Origin: an uncultured virus (IMG/VR IMGVR_UViG_3300044655_001510)
Taxonomy: Duplodnaviria > Heunggongvirae > Uroviricota > Caudoviricetes
Strand: one strand, 5' to 3'
DNA: 20,000 nucleotides
Virus record (IMG/VR): IMGVR_UViG_3300044655_001510
In this document: positions 8,185 through 16,462 of the stretch, piece by piece
How the letters are laid out: each line of letters begins with the position of its first letter
How positions within the stretch are numbered: the first letter of the stretch is position 1
The notes under the pieces: generated by a model
The model's database searches: none
What the model was told of the DNA's origin: nothing
Seen by the model: the letters and a program-made list of their open reading frames with translations, nothing else
Program-made: the position numbers and the translations under genes

Positions 8185-8210
8185 GAGAAAAACCACTAGG
8201 AGAATTCACA

Positions 8211-8498
8211 ATGAGTATAGAAGTATCACCTAGGGAGGCTGAAATGTTTGGAGATTGGTACGAGGCCACCCTTATTATAAAGAGTATGCGAGTAAATGAG
8301 CACGATAACTGGAGATTACCGACGATCACGGAACTTATCGACATATACAAGCAAGATAACGACTTTACGCTGTCTAATTACTGGAGTTCGGATGAAGCGG
8401 AGAACTTTGCGTTAGCACATAGTTTCAGTGACAATAGTACTAGTAGAATAGTTAAGACTAGGGTGGCGAGTATAAGGGCGGTGCGAGATGTCAACTGA
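8211..8498 (+). CDS. DUF1566/Lcl-like protein
   Basis: IEVSP..DWYEA..NWRLPTITEL..YWSS..IRAVRD. Confidence 0.85.
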   Translation: MSIEVSPREAEMFGDWYEATLIIKSMRVNEHDNWRLPTITELIDIYKQDNDFTLSNYWSSDEAENFALAHSFSDNSTSRIVKTRVASIRAVRDVN

Positions 8499-8769
8499 CA
8501 ATGGCTCGCTCCTAGCGGAGCTCGCAGCACCAGCAACACAATACACTGAACAAACCCATATAGTACCGATACCGTTGACATACACGGAAGCGAAGCTATA
8601 CGCATTCGCCCAAGCTGAACACTGGAGACAGTTGACTATAGCGGATGTTAATGATATGTACTACGATAATCCGTATGTTAACCTGTGGATAGAGGACGAT
8701 ACAGTGCAGATTGCCTTATCTGTTACTAGACCTAGCATAAAGAGGATGCTGGTATTAGTAAAAAGATGA
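8488..8769 (+). CDS. degenerate mini-CLec-like paralog
   Basis: LTYTEAKLYAFA..WRQLT..LW..LVLVK; N-terminus includes a 22-bp hairpin repeat. Confidence 0.55.
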   Translation: MSTDNGSLLAELAAPATQYTEQTHIVPIPLTYTEAKLYAFAQAEHWRQLTIADVNDMYYDNPYVNLWIEDDTVQIALSVTRPSIKRMLVLVKR

Positions 8770-9017
8770 ATTTCTCCCCTAGAGAAAGTTGAAGCTGAGT
8801 TCCCTGGGCTACAGGCCGCATTATTACTGTATCGAAAATCATCTTTTAGGTACTGTTTTTCTCCCTGTGAAAAGTTGAAAATGTTTTGAAACTACCAGAA
8901 ATAAGGAACCCAGTAAATTCAAGGCCTGTAGAGGATTTGGTTATGTTGGGTATTGCAGAAAAGTTATCTTTTAGGAAGATTTCAAAGTTTTCCCAGAGAG
9001 AAAATCGCAAATAAGAG

Positions 9018-9046
9018 TTGACAGCCAGTAGAAAACCGAGTAACAT
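9018..9046 (+). promoter_or_regulatory. sigma70-type promoter
   Basis: TTGACA-N17-TAACAT, then the TTAACAA..CGGAG leader seen in other cassettes. Confidence 0.6.
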
Positions 9047-9078
9047 ACAACCTTTAACAACCACAACGGAGATAATCC

Positions 9079-9786
9079 ATGAGTTTAGTTCAAGTATCAA
9101 AGCACACTATTACAGTAGAAACATACAACTGGAAAGCAGGAGTAAATGCTAGTAGAGAAGAAGCGGAGCAGTTCCTTAAAGACTTTACAATTGCACTGGG
9201 ACAAACCCATACTAAGTTACCGGTGGCTGAGTTAAAGGCTAGTGCTGAGGTAGTAGACCCAGTGGTACAACCTGATATTAAGAAGGTGGTAGCTAAGGCT
9301 GCACCATCTAGCAGTGACATCAAGTTGGCTAAACAAGCCCTAGGAGAACTTTATACCGGTACTAAGTATACCCCAGAAGAATCTGACTTGGCAGGACGTA
9401 TAGCTGCTGCTGGATTTACGGGTGAAGAGTTATCTATTGCTCGTAATGTAGTGACTATGTTATCTACGTATGGTAACAGTTTGAAACAAGATAAGTTACA
9501 ACGTGACTTGGGATTGAGACCCTTCCAGTTTGAGAAGTTATTCGAGGTATTCTTTGAGGGTACGTTTGCATCTACACAGCGTGAGATTACCTTGATGCGT
9601 GGTGCTAAGATGTTAGAAGAGGATACTATATCAAAGATTTCAGACATCGCAAAATCGTTACTTTATTCTAAAGCAGGTTTCAGATCGGCGTTTAATGCTA
9701 TGTTTGGGATCTCGCCATTGGAGTATCGTCAGAATGCGCAACGTGAGAAGGGTAAGAAAGCGTTGGCAGAGTTAGTACACGCATAA
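9079..9786 (+). CDS. AraC-family HTH domain protein
   Basis: C-terminal MRGAKML..ISDIAKSLLY..GFRSAFNAMFGISPLEYR matches the AraC double-HTH signature. Confidence 0.75.
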   Translation: MSLVQVSKHTITVETYNWKAGVNASREEAEQFLKDFTIALGQTHTKLPVAELKASAEVVDPVVQPDIKKVVAKAAPSSSDIKLAKQALGELYTGTKYTPEESDLAGRIAAAGFTGEELSIARNVVTMLSTYGNSLKQDKLQRDLGLRPFQFEKLFEVFFEGTFASTQREITLMRGAKMLEEDTISKISDIAKSLLYSKAGFRSAFNAMFGISPLEYRQNAQREKGKKALAELVHA

Positions 9787-9895
9787 GTTACGAGCACCGC
9801 TAGGTGCGAGTCAATGGCTCGTGCCTATCGGCACTCGCAAACAACCAACCAAACAAGCAATATTAAAGTTGACAAATTATCTTTTAGGTGATAGA

Positions 9896-10312
9896 ATGAC
9901 AGACATAGTAGAAAGTAAGACGTTTGAGCAGCGGATGAAGGAACGTATTAGGGATTCGATAGGTGATTTGATCTCTGATGAAGATTTGACTAAGATGGTG
10001 GATAGATCCTTGGAGGAGGTATTCTTTAAACCTAGGCCGAATCCCAAGTATGCCTCGTATTATAACGCTGGTGAGCCAGCGACGATACCACCACTGCTAC
10101 ATGAGTTAGTAAAGGAGGTAATGGAGGCTAATGTTCAAGCGGCTGTTCGGGAGTGGATTGGCAGCAATCAGGAAGAGGTTAATGCGACTATCCAAAAGGT
10201 AATACAGGAAGGAATTGGTGCTGCGGTACTCGGTGCAATGAACAGTATGTTTAATTATCAGTTATCTAACTTACAGAATAACATTTCGCAACAGATTAGT
10301 AACTATAGGTAG
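9896..10312 (+). CDS. hypothetical helical phage protein
   Basis: Start reassigned to MTDIVES (AGGTG RBS); upstream extension lies in repeat/promoter DNA. Confidence 0.75.
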   Translation: MTDIVESKTFEQRMKERIRDSIGDLISDEDLTKMVDRSLEEVFFKPRPNPKYASYYNAGEPATIPPLLHELVKEVMEANVQAAVREWIGSNQEEVNATIQKVIQEGIGAAVLGAMNSMFNYQLSNLQNNISQQISNYR

Positions 10313-10316
10313 CAGT

Positions 10317-10463
10317 ATGGAAGAGTCAACAGATAAGGAACCGGTTGCATGGATGGCTAGGTATATTGACAAGGATGGCAATGAGGCGGTGTATACCACG
10401 ACTGTGTATGAGTTAGCAGTAGAGAACGATGCGAATGGCCAACCCATTCCATTATATATGTAA
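10317..10463 (+). CDS. 48-aa phage protein with EPVAW..PLY motif
   Basis: Manually translated MEESTDKEPVAWMARY...PIPLYM*; fills the gap between neighbours. Confidence 0.65.
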   Translation: MEESTDKEPVAWMARYIDKDGNEAVYTTTVYELAVENDANGQPIPLYM

Positions 10464-10482
10464 TTATCTTTTAGGTGAAATA

Positions 10483-11076
10483 ATGATTAAAGTAGAAGCA
10501 GTTAAAACATTTAGTTGGGCAGCGGCAGAAGGGTTGACTGAAGAAGAGGCAAGTGCGTTTCATGCGGAGTTGGGTTTAGCACTAGGGAAAAGTTTACCGG
10601 TGGCTGAGTTGCGTAATGGGTTGATGTCTGGTAATAGTTTATTAGTGAATACTGCGTTGCAGACTTTATATACTAACATGAGATACAAGCCAACTGCTGA
10701 GGATTTAACTGAGAGAGTTGCAGCTGCAGGTTATCAGATGAGTGACTTGGCATTGATTCAGAAGTTAGTAGCTAAGATTGAGGCTGGTGTGGATAAGGAA
10801 GGGGTATACTTGGCAGCTGGTTTGCCGGTTCATAAGGTAGATGCTTTGTTTAGTGCCTTCTTTGATAACACGTTTGCTATGGTAAGTAGAGATGTGCGTA
10901 TGACATTGGCTAAGTCGTTGTTGGATAGTGGTCGATTTGTCTCTATAGATGAAATTGCAAGTAAGTGTGGTTATGCCAATGCGACTAGTTTCAGAATTTG
11001 CTATAAGAACTGGTTTGGTGAGTATCCACAGCTTACAAGAGTTAAAGCCGTTAAGCAGTTGTTTGTGTTTGACTAA
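10483..11076 (+). CDS. AraC-family HTH domain protein (paralog of 9079-9786)
   Basis: RMTLAKSLL..SIDEIASKCGYANATSFRICYKNWFGEYP; shared N-terminal EEA..F..ALG..LPVAEL. Confidence 0.8.
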   Translation: MIKVEAVKTFSWAAAEGLTEEEASAFHAELGLALGKSLPVAELRNGLMSGNSLLVNTALQTLYTNMRYKPTAEDLTERVAAAGYQMSDLALIQKLVAKIEAGVDKEGVYLAAGLPVHKVDALFSAFFDNTFAMVSRDVRMTLAKSLLDSGRFVSIDEIASKCGYANATSFRICYKNWFGEYPQLTRVKAVKQLFVFD

Positions 11077-11122
11077 GGCTCGCACCTAGCGGTGCTCGCA
11101 ATCTAAAAGTTTTACAACAGTG

Positions 11123-11162
11123 GAGGTGCATCACTTTGGGAGAGGTGATGTGCCTTTTCTTT
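11123..11162 (+). terminator. putative intrinsic terminator
   Basis: AGGTGCATCACTT..AGGTGATGTGCCT stem then TTTCTTT. Confidence 0.6.
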
Positions 11163-11172
11163 GTATAGGGTA

Positions 11173-11200
11173 TTGACAATTATCTTTTAGTTGTTATACT
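11173..11200 (+). promoter_or_regulatory. sigma70-type promoter with 12-mer in spacer
   Basis: TTGACA-ATTATCTTTTAG-ttgt-TATACT. Confidence 0.7.
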
Positions 11201-11287
11201 TTATCAATGGACACGCCAATGGCTCACTGAGCGGGGTGATGTTTAGTTAAAGCCGGTTGGCTTAATTTTAACGAAGGGGTTTATAAT

Positions 11288-11464
11288 ATGAGAGTAAGAA
11301 GTCGAGTAGATTATAGTGTAGTAATGGGATATAATGCTTTACAGGATGAATATAGATTGTTTAGTTATATGTGTAGTCCAAGGGAAGAAATAAGTGAATT
11401 GGAACAGAAAGAGAAGGCTGAGTTATTAGAAAGAGTACGTGAGTATATGATACAAAATTACTAG
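11288..11464 (+). CDS. 58-aa hypothetical protein
   Basis: Manually translated MRVRSRVDYS...YMIQNY*; GAAGGGG RBS. Confidence 0.55.
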   Translation: MRVRSRVDYSVVMGYNALQDEYRLFSYMCSPREEISELEQKEKAELLERVREYMIQNY

Positions 11465-11696
11465 AGAGTGAGCTATTGGGTAGTTATCTTTTAGGCCTGA
11501 ACTTTAGAGTGTGAGCTATTGGGTAATGATCTTTTGAGTATTGCTTTTGTGTTGAACCGCGATTGGTTCGCATGATTGTATTTAGTGTTTGTTTTGAATT
11601 TTTGGGATTATGGCTCGCACCTAGCGGTGCTCGCGAGCGTTAGCGAGCCTATATACCCGCTGTAGCGTTATGTACCCATACGTATAGAGAGGATTT

Positions 11697-11942
11697 ATGA
11701 ATAAGTATATTGTATTAGTTTGTGTTTCGGTGGTGTTATTGTTTGGAGTATTGGGTTTATCTATACAGGAAGTCAATACAAGATCAGCTGATGATTGGAT
11801 AGATTCTAGGATAGAGACTGGTCAGGATCGTTTTGGTAACTGTTATCTGTATGTTAAGCCATGGCAGTGGATTCAACTGGTTGAGTGTGATCGTATAGGT
11901 AAGGCAGTTAAGCCAGTTGATAAGTTTGGTAATAGCTTATAG
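11697..11942 (+). CDS. small membrane-anchored protein
   Basis: GAGGA RBS; hydrophobic N-terminal segment. Confidence 0.7.
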   Translation: MNKYIVLVCVSVVLLFGVLGLSIQEVNTRSADDWIDSRIETGQDRFGNCYLYVKPWQWIQLVECDRIGKAVKPVDKFGNSL

Positions 11943-11984
11943 TATACCCGCTGTGCATGTGGGTGTAGGTACGTGTATATAGAG

Positions 11985-12121
11985 TTGACAAGTTAAATAT
12001 ACTTTGATATACTAATATCTTCTTAGTAGAACAAGAATAATGTTGTAGAGTTTATCCAATCAAGCTGTCACTTGGTTGGTTTATTGAATAAGAGGCAGAC
12101 TTTGCCCAGTCTGCCTTTTTT
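11985..12121 (+). ncRNA. candidate ~100-nt small RNA with own promoter and terminator
   Basis: TTGACA-N17-TATACT (11985-12013); hairpin CCAATCAAG..CTTGGTTGG; terminator AGGCAGACT..AGTCTGCCT-TTTTT; no ORF. Confidence 0.5.
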
Positions 12122-12234
12122 ATTGCCTGTTGGAAATACTACATAGTGTGTCATCACAACCTAAAAGATAATGATTGACACTACAGACATATCACATTAA
12201 TATTTGGCATTTTTAACCTTTGGAGATAAAGCAG

Positions 12235-12735
12235 ATGAAAAACAACTCACCAACTGTTTCTTGGAAAGATCTTGACAGTTTATCATTTCATAAAGATAAC
12301 AAACTGTTTGACATTGTAATGGTTACTAACAGAAACAGAAGTAACATTAAGTCGTATATTAAGTCGAAATGCGACCTAGTAGGTGGATGTTATTATTGGT
12401 TTCGTGGAGATGGAGATATTCGCGGTGCTGTTCAAGTGTTCATTGATAAACGAAAACCACTCTCTCAGGGTAAGCCATATGAAGTAATCAAAAATGGTAA
12501 ACGTTGCAGAACATTAAAAACTGATCTTATTGACGTTATGTCAGTTATGTCTGCAAATGATTTAACCATTGCTGATTTAACTGGTATAACGTTTAACAAG
12601 AATGGTAAACAACTAAACCTAGTATGTATGGGTAACGTTCCAATTGTTGGAGTGGAGACGTTGGATGATTTAGTAACCAAACTTTACGACAATGAATATG
12701 CGGTTGATATGGATAGTCTGGTGAGTACCCAGTAG
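12235..12735 (+). CDS. hypothetical phage protein
   Basis: GGAG RBS before ATG 12235; promoter TTGACA(12175)-N17-TAATAT. Confidence 0.75.
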   Translation: MKNNSPTVSWKDLDSLSFHKDNKLFDIVMVTNRNRSNIKSYIKSKCDLVGGCYYWFRGDGDIRGAVQVFIDKRKPLSQGKPYEVIKNGKRCRTLKTDLIDVMSVMSANDLTIADLTGITFNKNGKQLNLVCMGNVPIVGVETLDDLVTKLYDNEYAVDMDSLVSTQ

Positions 12736-13224
12736 GAACCTGGTTCGTTATTGCGAGTGCCGGTAGGCACGAGCTTGTAACATAACTGTCATAATCAGGT
12801 ATATATAGAATGCGGCCTGCAGAGGAAAAAAAAGGCACACTAAGGGAGAAGAGATTTGTTGATCTTCTTCCTGATGCCTTTTGGTGGCTTCCTTGGATTC
12901 TTCTTCCTGGTCTTGCTCTTCTCCTGATTCTCCTCAGAATCCCTCGAGTAATTGCACAAGAAAATCGATCGAGCAATTGGTGATATCACTAAAAGATAAT
13001 TGAACTATTGATGAAGTTATCTTTTAGATATATTAGTTGACTGATTGGTTATGGATATGATAGTATTAATTCGACTAAAAGATAATGGAGGTCCTGTACT
13101 AAATACATGAGTTAAAAGTTCGATTGATCATAATCATTTTTCTTAAACCCCTAGCTAGGTTGGCCAACCGAATTAGGGGTGGTTTGATCAGAGAACTGGT
13201 AACACAAACCATAGGAAGAATAAG

Positions 13225-15006
13225 ATGATCGAAATCCACGAGTCTGTGTACGAAGCAATGTATGCGGAGTTTTCTAAAAAATCAGTAGATAAAGCACTTG
13301 AGAAGTATTCTAAGGTCTTGTCTAACTTGATACATATATCAATTACAAACGATTACGCATGTACTGCGTATAGTCAGTATCAGATCCCGTTACAATCATT
13401 GGTGACCAAAGGTGGTAAGATCACTGATTCCAAGGGGAAACAGATACGAGTTCATTCCTGGCTAAAAGATAATAAGCCAATCATAAAAGTTCTAAACATG
13501 GGTAATAGTTTACAGAAGGTAAAATCTACTATTTCCCTAATTGACAACCGATGTACTTACACAGATCTATTTGACATGAGCCTAGAAGAATACGAAGAAA
13601 AACAACTTAACATCCAGACTGATGATTTCCTTGATAATGAAATGTATGATGATTTATTCTACAGGGAATATCCAGAGGTTCTATATGCAAGACAAGGATT
13701 GATGTCAGTTGATGATTGCCTAGCGATGTTTCACCCAATTGAAGTTAATGCTACAACGTTAACTAATTACTTGAATTGGCTTATCTATGACAGTACTAAG
13801 TTGGATGAGAACCAACGCAAGAGTTATATACGTAAGGCTAAGATGATATTGGCCCTAGCACATAAAGGAGATGGGTATTGGTTCCAGCGGAAGAAGCAGA
13901 GTGTATTTGGCCGGTTGTATTATGTTGGGTTATCGATGCATAACATTCCAAGGGAAATGCGTAAGAATGTATTGGGTGATTCATGGCAGTATGATATCAG
14001 TTCTTCATCCATTGCCTGGAAGTATAGTTATGCAGCTGCGTATAACCGAGAAGTTAAACCAGAAAGGTTCCAGTATACTAATCATTACCTGACAGATAAG
14101 GAAGACTTTATACAGGACTGTTTGAAGCACGTGTTCTTATGCCGTACTTACAAAGACAAGGAGGGTAATGTTCACCGGTATGATCCTGAGTGGTGTCGTA
14201 AAAAGATCAAGGCTATGATGAATGCCATATCTTTTGGTGCGAAGGTATTCGGGATTGTCATACCCAACCCAAAAGATCCAGATAATCCATTGGTTAATTC
14301 GTTAGGTGATATCCTAAAAGATAATGAAATCCGTGATGCATTTTTGAATCATGATTTGATTAGTGGATTTATCTATGAGCATATGGAGTTAGCTGAGTTT
14401 ATCCTAGAGAAGAATAAGAGTATATTGGCTCCGTTAACCTGTACTAAAACAGATACTGGGCGTCGTAGTAAGGCCAAAGAGATGGCTTACTTGTACCAGC
14501 ATGCTGAGACTGAGATCATGACTAGAGCTACTTCGATTGCGGAAGCAATGGGGCATGAGATACTAATCGGTGTGCATGACGCGTTCATTGTGCGAAATAA
14601 GATTGCATTTGATGATCTGCAGGAGATTGAGCTGTGCATCCAATCAGAGTTTGGTATGCCATATTGGAAGTTAGTGGGTGAGAAACTTACTGGGTATACT
14701 GCGATGGTTGGTCCTAGAGTTGAGGATAATGACCGTAAGGTTGCCATTCATAGATTAGTCATACGTGAGCAGGAATATGAATTGTCACGTGGTAATACTA
14801 CTCGGATCATTGAATCGGATATTGATGATTCATTAATTGAACCAGAGATGCGAGCCATTAAGGAGGAACGCGAACGCTATGCTAAACGCCATCGTGACTC
14901 TTGGGGTACAGATTACTTTGATGGTTCTGATCATAGATACGATGGTGTTCAGTATGGGGATGAAGAGTACTTGTATGAATATGACGACGAGGATGACGAA
15001 GACTAG
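13225..15006 (+). CDS. divergent family-A polymerase-fold protein (Pol A / T7-RNAP-like)
   Basis: FGRLY..HNIP..R; QYDISSS (motif A Asp); RKKIKAMMNAISFG (R-x3-K-x7-aromatic-G, motif B); YQHAE; GVHDAF (motif C); acidic tail. Confidence 0.7.
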   Translation: MIEIHESVYEAMYAEFSKKSVDKALEKYSKVLSNLIHISITNDYACTAYSQYQIPLQSLVTKGGKITDSKGKQIRVHSWLKDNKPIIKVLNMGNSLQKVKSTISLIDNRCTYTDLFDMSLEEYEEKQLNIQTDDFLDNEMYDDLFYREYPEVLYARQGLMSVDDCLAMFHPIEVNATTLTNYLNWLIYDSTKLDENQRKSYIRKAKMILALAHKGDGYWFQRKKQSVFGRLYYVGLSMHNIPREMRKNVLGDSWQYDISSSSIAWKYSYAAAYNREVKPERFQYTNHYLTDKEDFIQDCLKHVFLCRTYKDKEGNVHRYDPEWCRKKIKAMMNAISFGAKVFGIVIPNPKDPDNPLVNSLGDILKDNEIRDAFLNHDLISGFIYEHMELAEFILEKNKSILAPLTCTKTDTGRRSKAKEMAYLYQHAETEIMTRATSIAEAMGHEILIGVHDAFIVRNKIAFDDLQEIELCIQSEFGMPYWKLVGEKLTGYTAMVGPRVEDNDRKVAIHRLVIREQEYELSRGNTTRIIESDIDDSLIEPEMRAIKEERERYAKRHRDSWGTDYFDGSDHRYDGVQYGDEEYLYEYDDEDDED

Positions 15007-15056
15007 GCTCGCTCCTATCGGAGCTCGCTATACCTATCTACCCGCTGTACAGGTAC

Positions 15057-15084
15057 TTGACATCCGTACATATACATGTATAAT
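15057..15084 (+). promoter_or_regulatory. sigma70-type promoter
   Basis: TTGACA-N16-TATAAT. Confidence 0.7.
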
Positions 15085-15115
15085 ACAAACTTTCTAACTA
15101 ACCGATTAAACCCTT

Positions 15116-15448
15116 ATGAAAAAGTTATTAGCAGTAATCGCTTTATTAGCATCGTTAAACGCCAATGCATATACCTTGGATGATATCAAGACTCAGATGT
15201 TAAACGCTGGGTTCTTGGTAGACTACGACGCAATGAAACTCAATCCACATATCATAGTAGCTTGGAAGCGTGGGATGAGCAGATATCAATGTGATCTCTA
15301 TACCAACTCTATGATTAAAGAGATGAACTATCCACATGTAACTCAGGAGAATACCGCTGATGGTAGAATCGAAATGATAGTGAATAATCCTGGACTTGTT
15401 CTTGGTTGTGCTGCCAATCAATCGTTTGTATGGCTGATCAAATCCTAG
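15116..15448 (+). CDS. exported protein with Sec signal peptide
   Basis: MKKLLAVIALLASLNANA, AxA cleavage site. Confidence 0.75.
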   Translation: MKKLLAVIALLASLNANAYTLDDIKTQMLNAGFLVDYDAMKLNPHIIVAWKRGMSRYQCDLYTNSMIKEMNYPHVTQENTADGRIEMIVNNPGLVLGCAANQSFVWLIKS

Positions 15449-15520
15449 TTACCCGCTGTGCGTGTTAGTAGCTCGTGCTAATATACACGTATAATTGTTC
15501 AATTTTCAACTACTTTCTTG

Positions 15521-15689
15521 TAAGTCATTGAATTATAAAGACATTATCTTTTAGACCCTTAAAATAATAATGATATAAATCAATGACTTACAAACAGTAC
15601 CTTTAAACAGTATCTTACCCTGGTTACCCTACAGGGTCAATAATCTACAATACACAAAAATCACACCGAACGCTTGTAAGTTATTGATA
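15521..15689. promoter_or_regulatory. cluster of three IHF-like sites
   Basis: 15578 AATCAATGACTTA (+), 15677-15689 TATCAATAACTTA (-), 15521-15533 ATTCAATGACTTA (-, one mismatch). Confidence 0.6.
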
Positions 15690-15768
15690 TAACTATCTAT
15701 AATTTCTACTTTACCCGCTGAAGAAGGTATGGTAATATACACGCATTCACACATATAGGAGAGTACAC

Positions 15769-15987
15769 ATGTTAAAAGTTGATGATGGTATCTACCAGGC
15801 CCGGATTTTCTATGCTGGTAAGAATGCAGTAGAGATTCATGTATACAGGAAGCATTGGAAGTTCTGGTGGCAGTTTGTTTGGCAGGCCACCTGGGATGCT
15901 GAACAGTTAGATTTCAAGACAATCCGTGCTTGTGCACTGGAAGCCATTGAGTGTGCACGTATGGTTGAGTCAGGCAACCCGCTGTGA
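15769..15987 (+). CDS. small Trp-rich hypothetical protein
   Basis: AGGAG RBS; 72 aa. Confidence 0.7.
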   Translation: MLKVDDGIYQARIFYAGKNAVEIHVYRKHWKFWWQFVWQATWDAEQLDFKTIRACALEAIECARMVESGNPL

Positions 15988-16028
15988 GCATACGTACATA
16001 TAGAACAATTATCTTTTAGGAGAAGAAA

Positions 16029-16334
16029 ATGTCATTAGAGTCAGCAATAATAACCGCACTATGGATCGGTGGGTTCGTATTCATTGTTACGTTAATCCAC
16101 GTAGGTAAACTTAAGTTCATTGAGCTATGGAGGGATAGTCCGTGGAATACACTTGGAATATGTGCGATCCTTGGAATTCAGGTAGGAGTCATATTAATGC
16201 AGGTATGGTATTTCGTACCCGCTGCATACATACCCGATCCTGCGATGATAGAGCGGATCAAAAGGGTTGAATGCCATTCACCACGCTGTGAAGAGATAGT
16301 CAATGATCTTTTAGCAAGAGTTTCAGCTAAATAA
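16029..16334 (+). CDS. two-TM membrane protein
   Basis: AGGAG RBS; two hydrophobic segments. Confidence 0.75.
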   Translation: MSLESAIITALWIGGFVFIVTLIHVGKLKFIELWRDSPWNTLGICAILGIQVGVILMQVWYFVPAAYIPDPAMIERIKRVECHSPRCEEIVNDLLARVSAK

Positions 16335-16338
16335 AATC

Positions 16339-16369
16339 AAAAAAGCCATCGAAAAGATGGCTTTTTTAT
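16339..16369. terminator. bidirectional intrinsic terminator
   Basis: AAAAAAGCCATC-GAAAA-GATGGCTTTTTT. Confidence 0.85.
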
Positions 16370-16462
16370 GCCTAAAAGATAATTGTTCCACGTGAAACAA
16401 ATAGCTTGACAGATGGGAAATTATCTTTTAGACTGTTGCCAACTTAACTGGAGGGTATACAA

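Noticed and set aside
11205..11280. Possible tRNA or riboswitch after promoter 11173
   Set aside because: No cloverleaf, T-loop or recognisable aptamer; treated as a 5' leader.
11464..11540. Imperfect direct repeat GAGCTATTGGGTA..ATCTTTT and a 29-aa minus-strand ORF
   Set aside because: Looks like a local duplication around a 12-mer variant; the ORF is too short to support.
12593..12976. 127-aa Arg-rich minus-strand ORF
   Set aside because: By-product of the pyrimidine tract, overlaps a + gene, non-ATG start.
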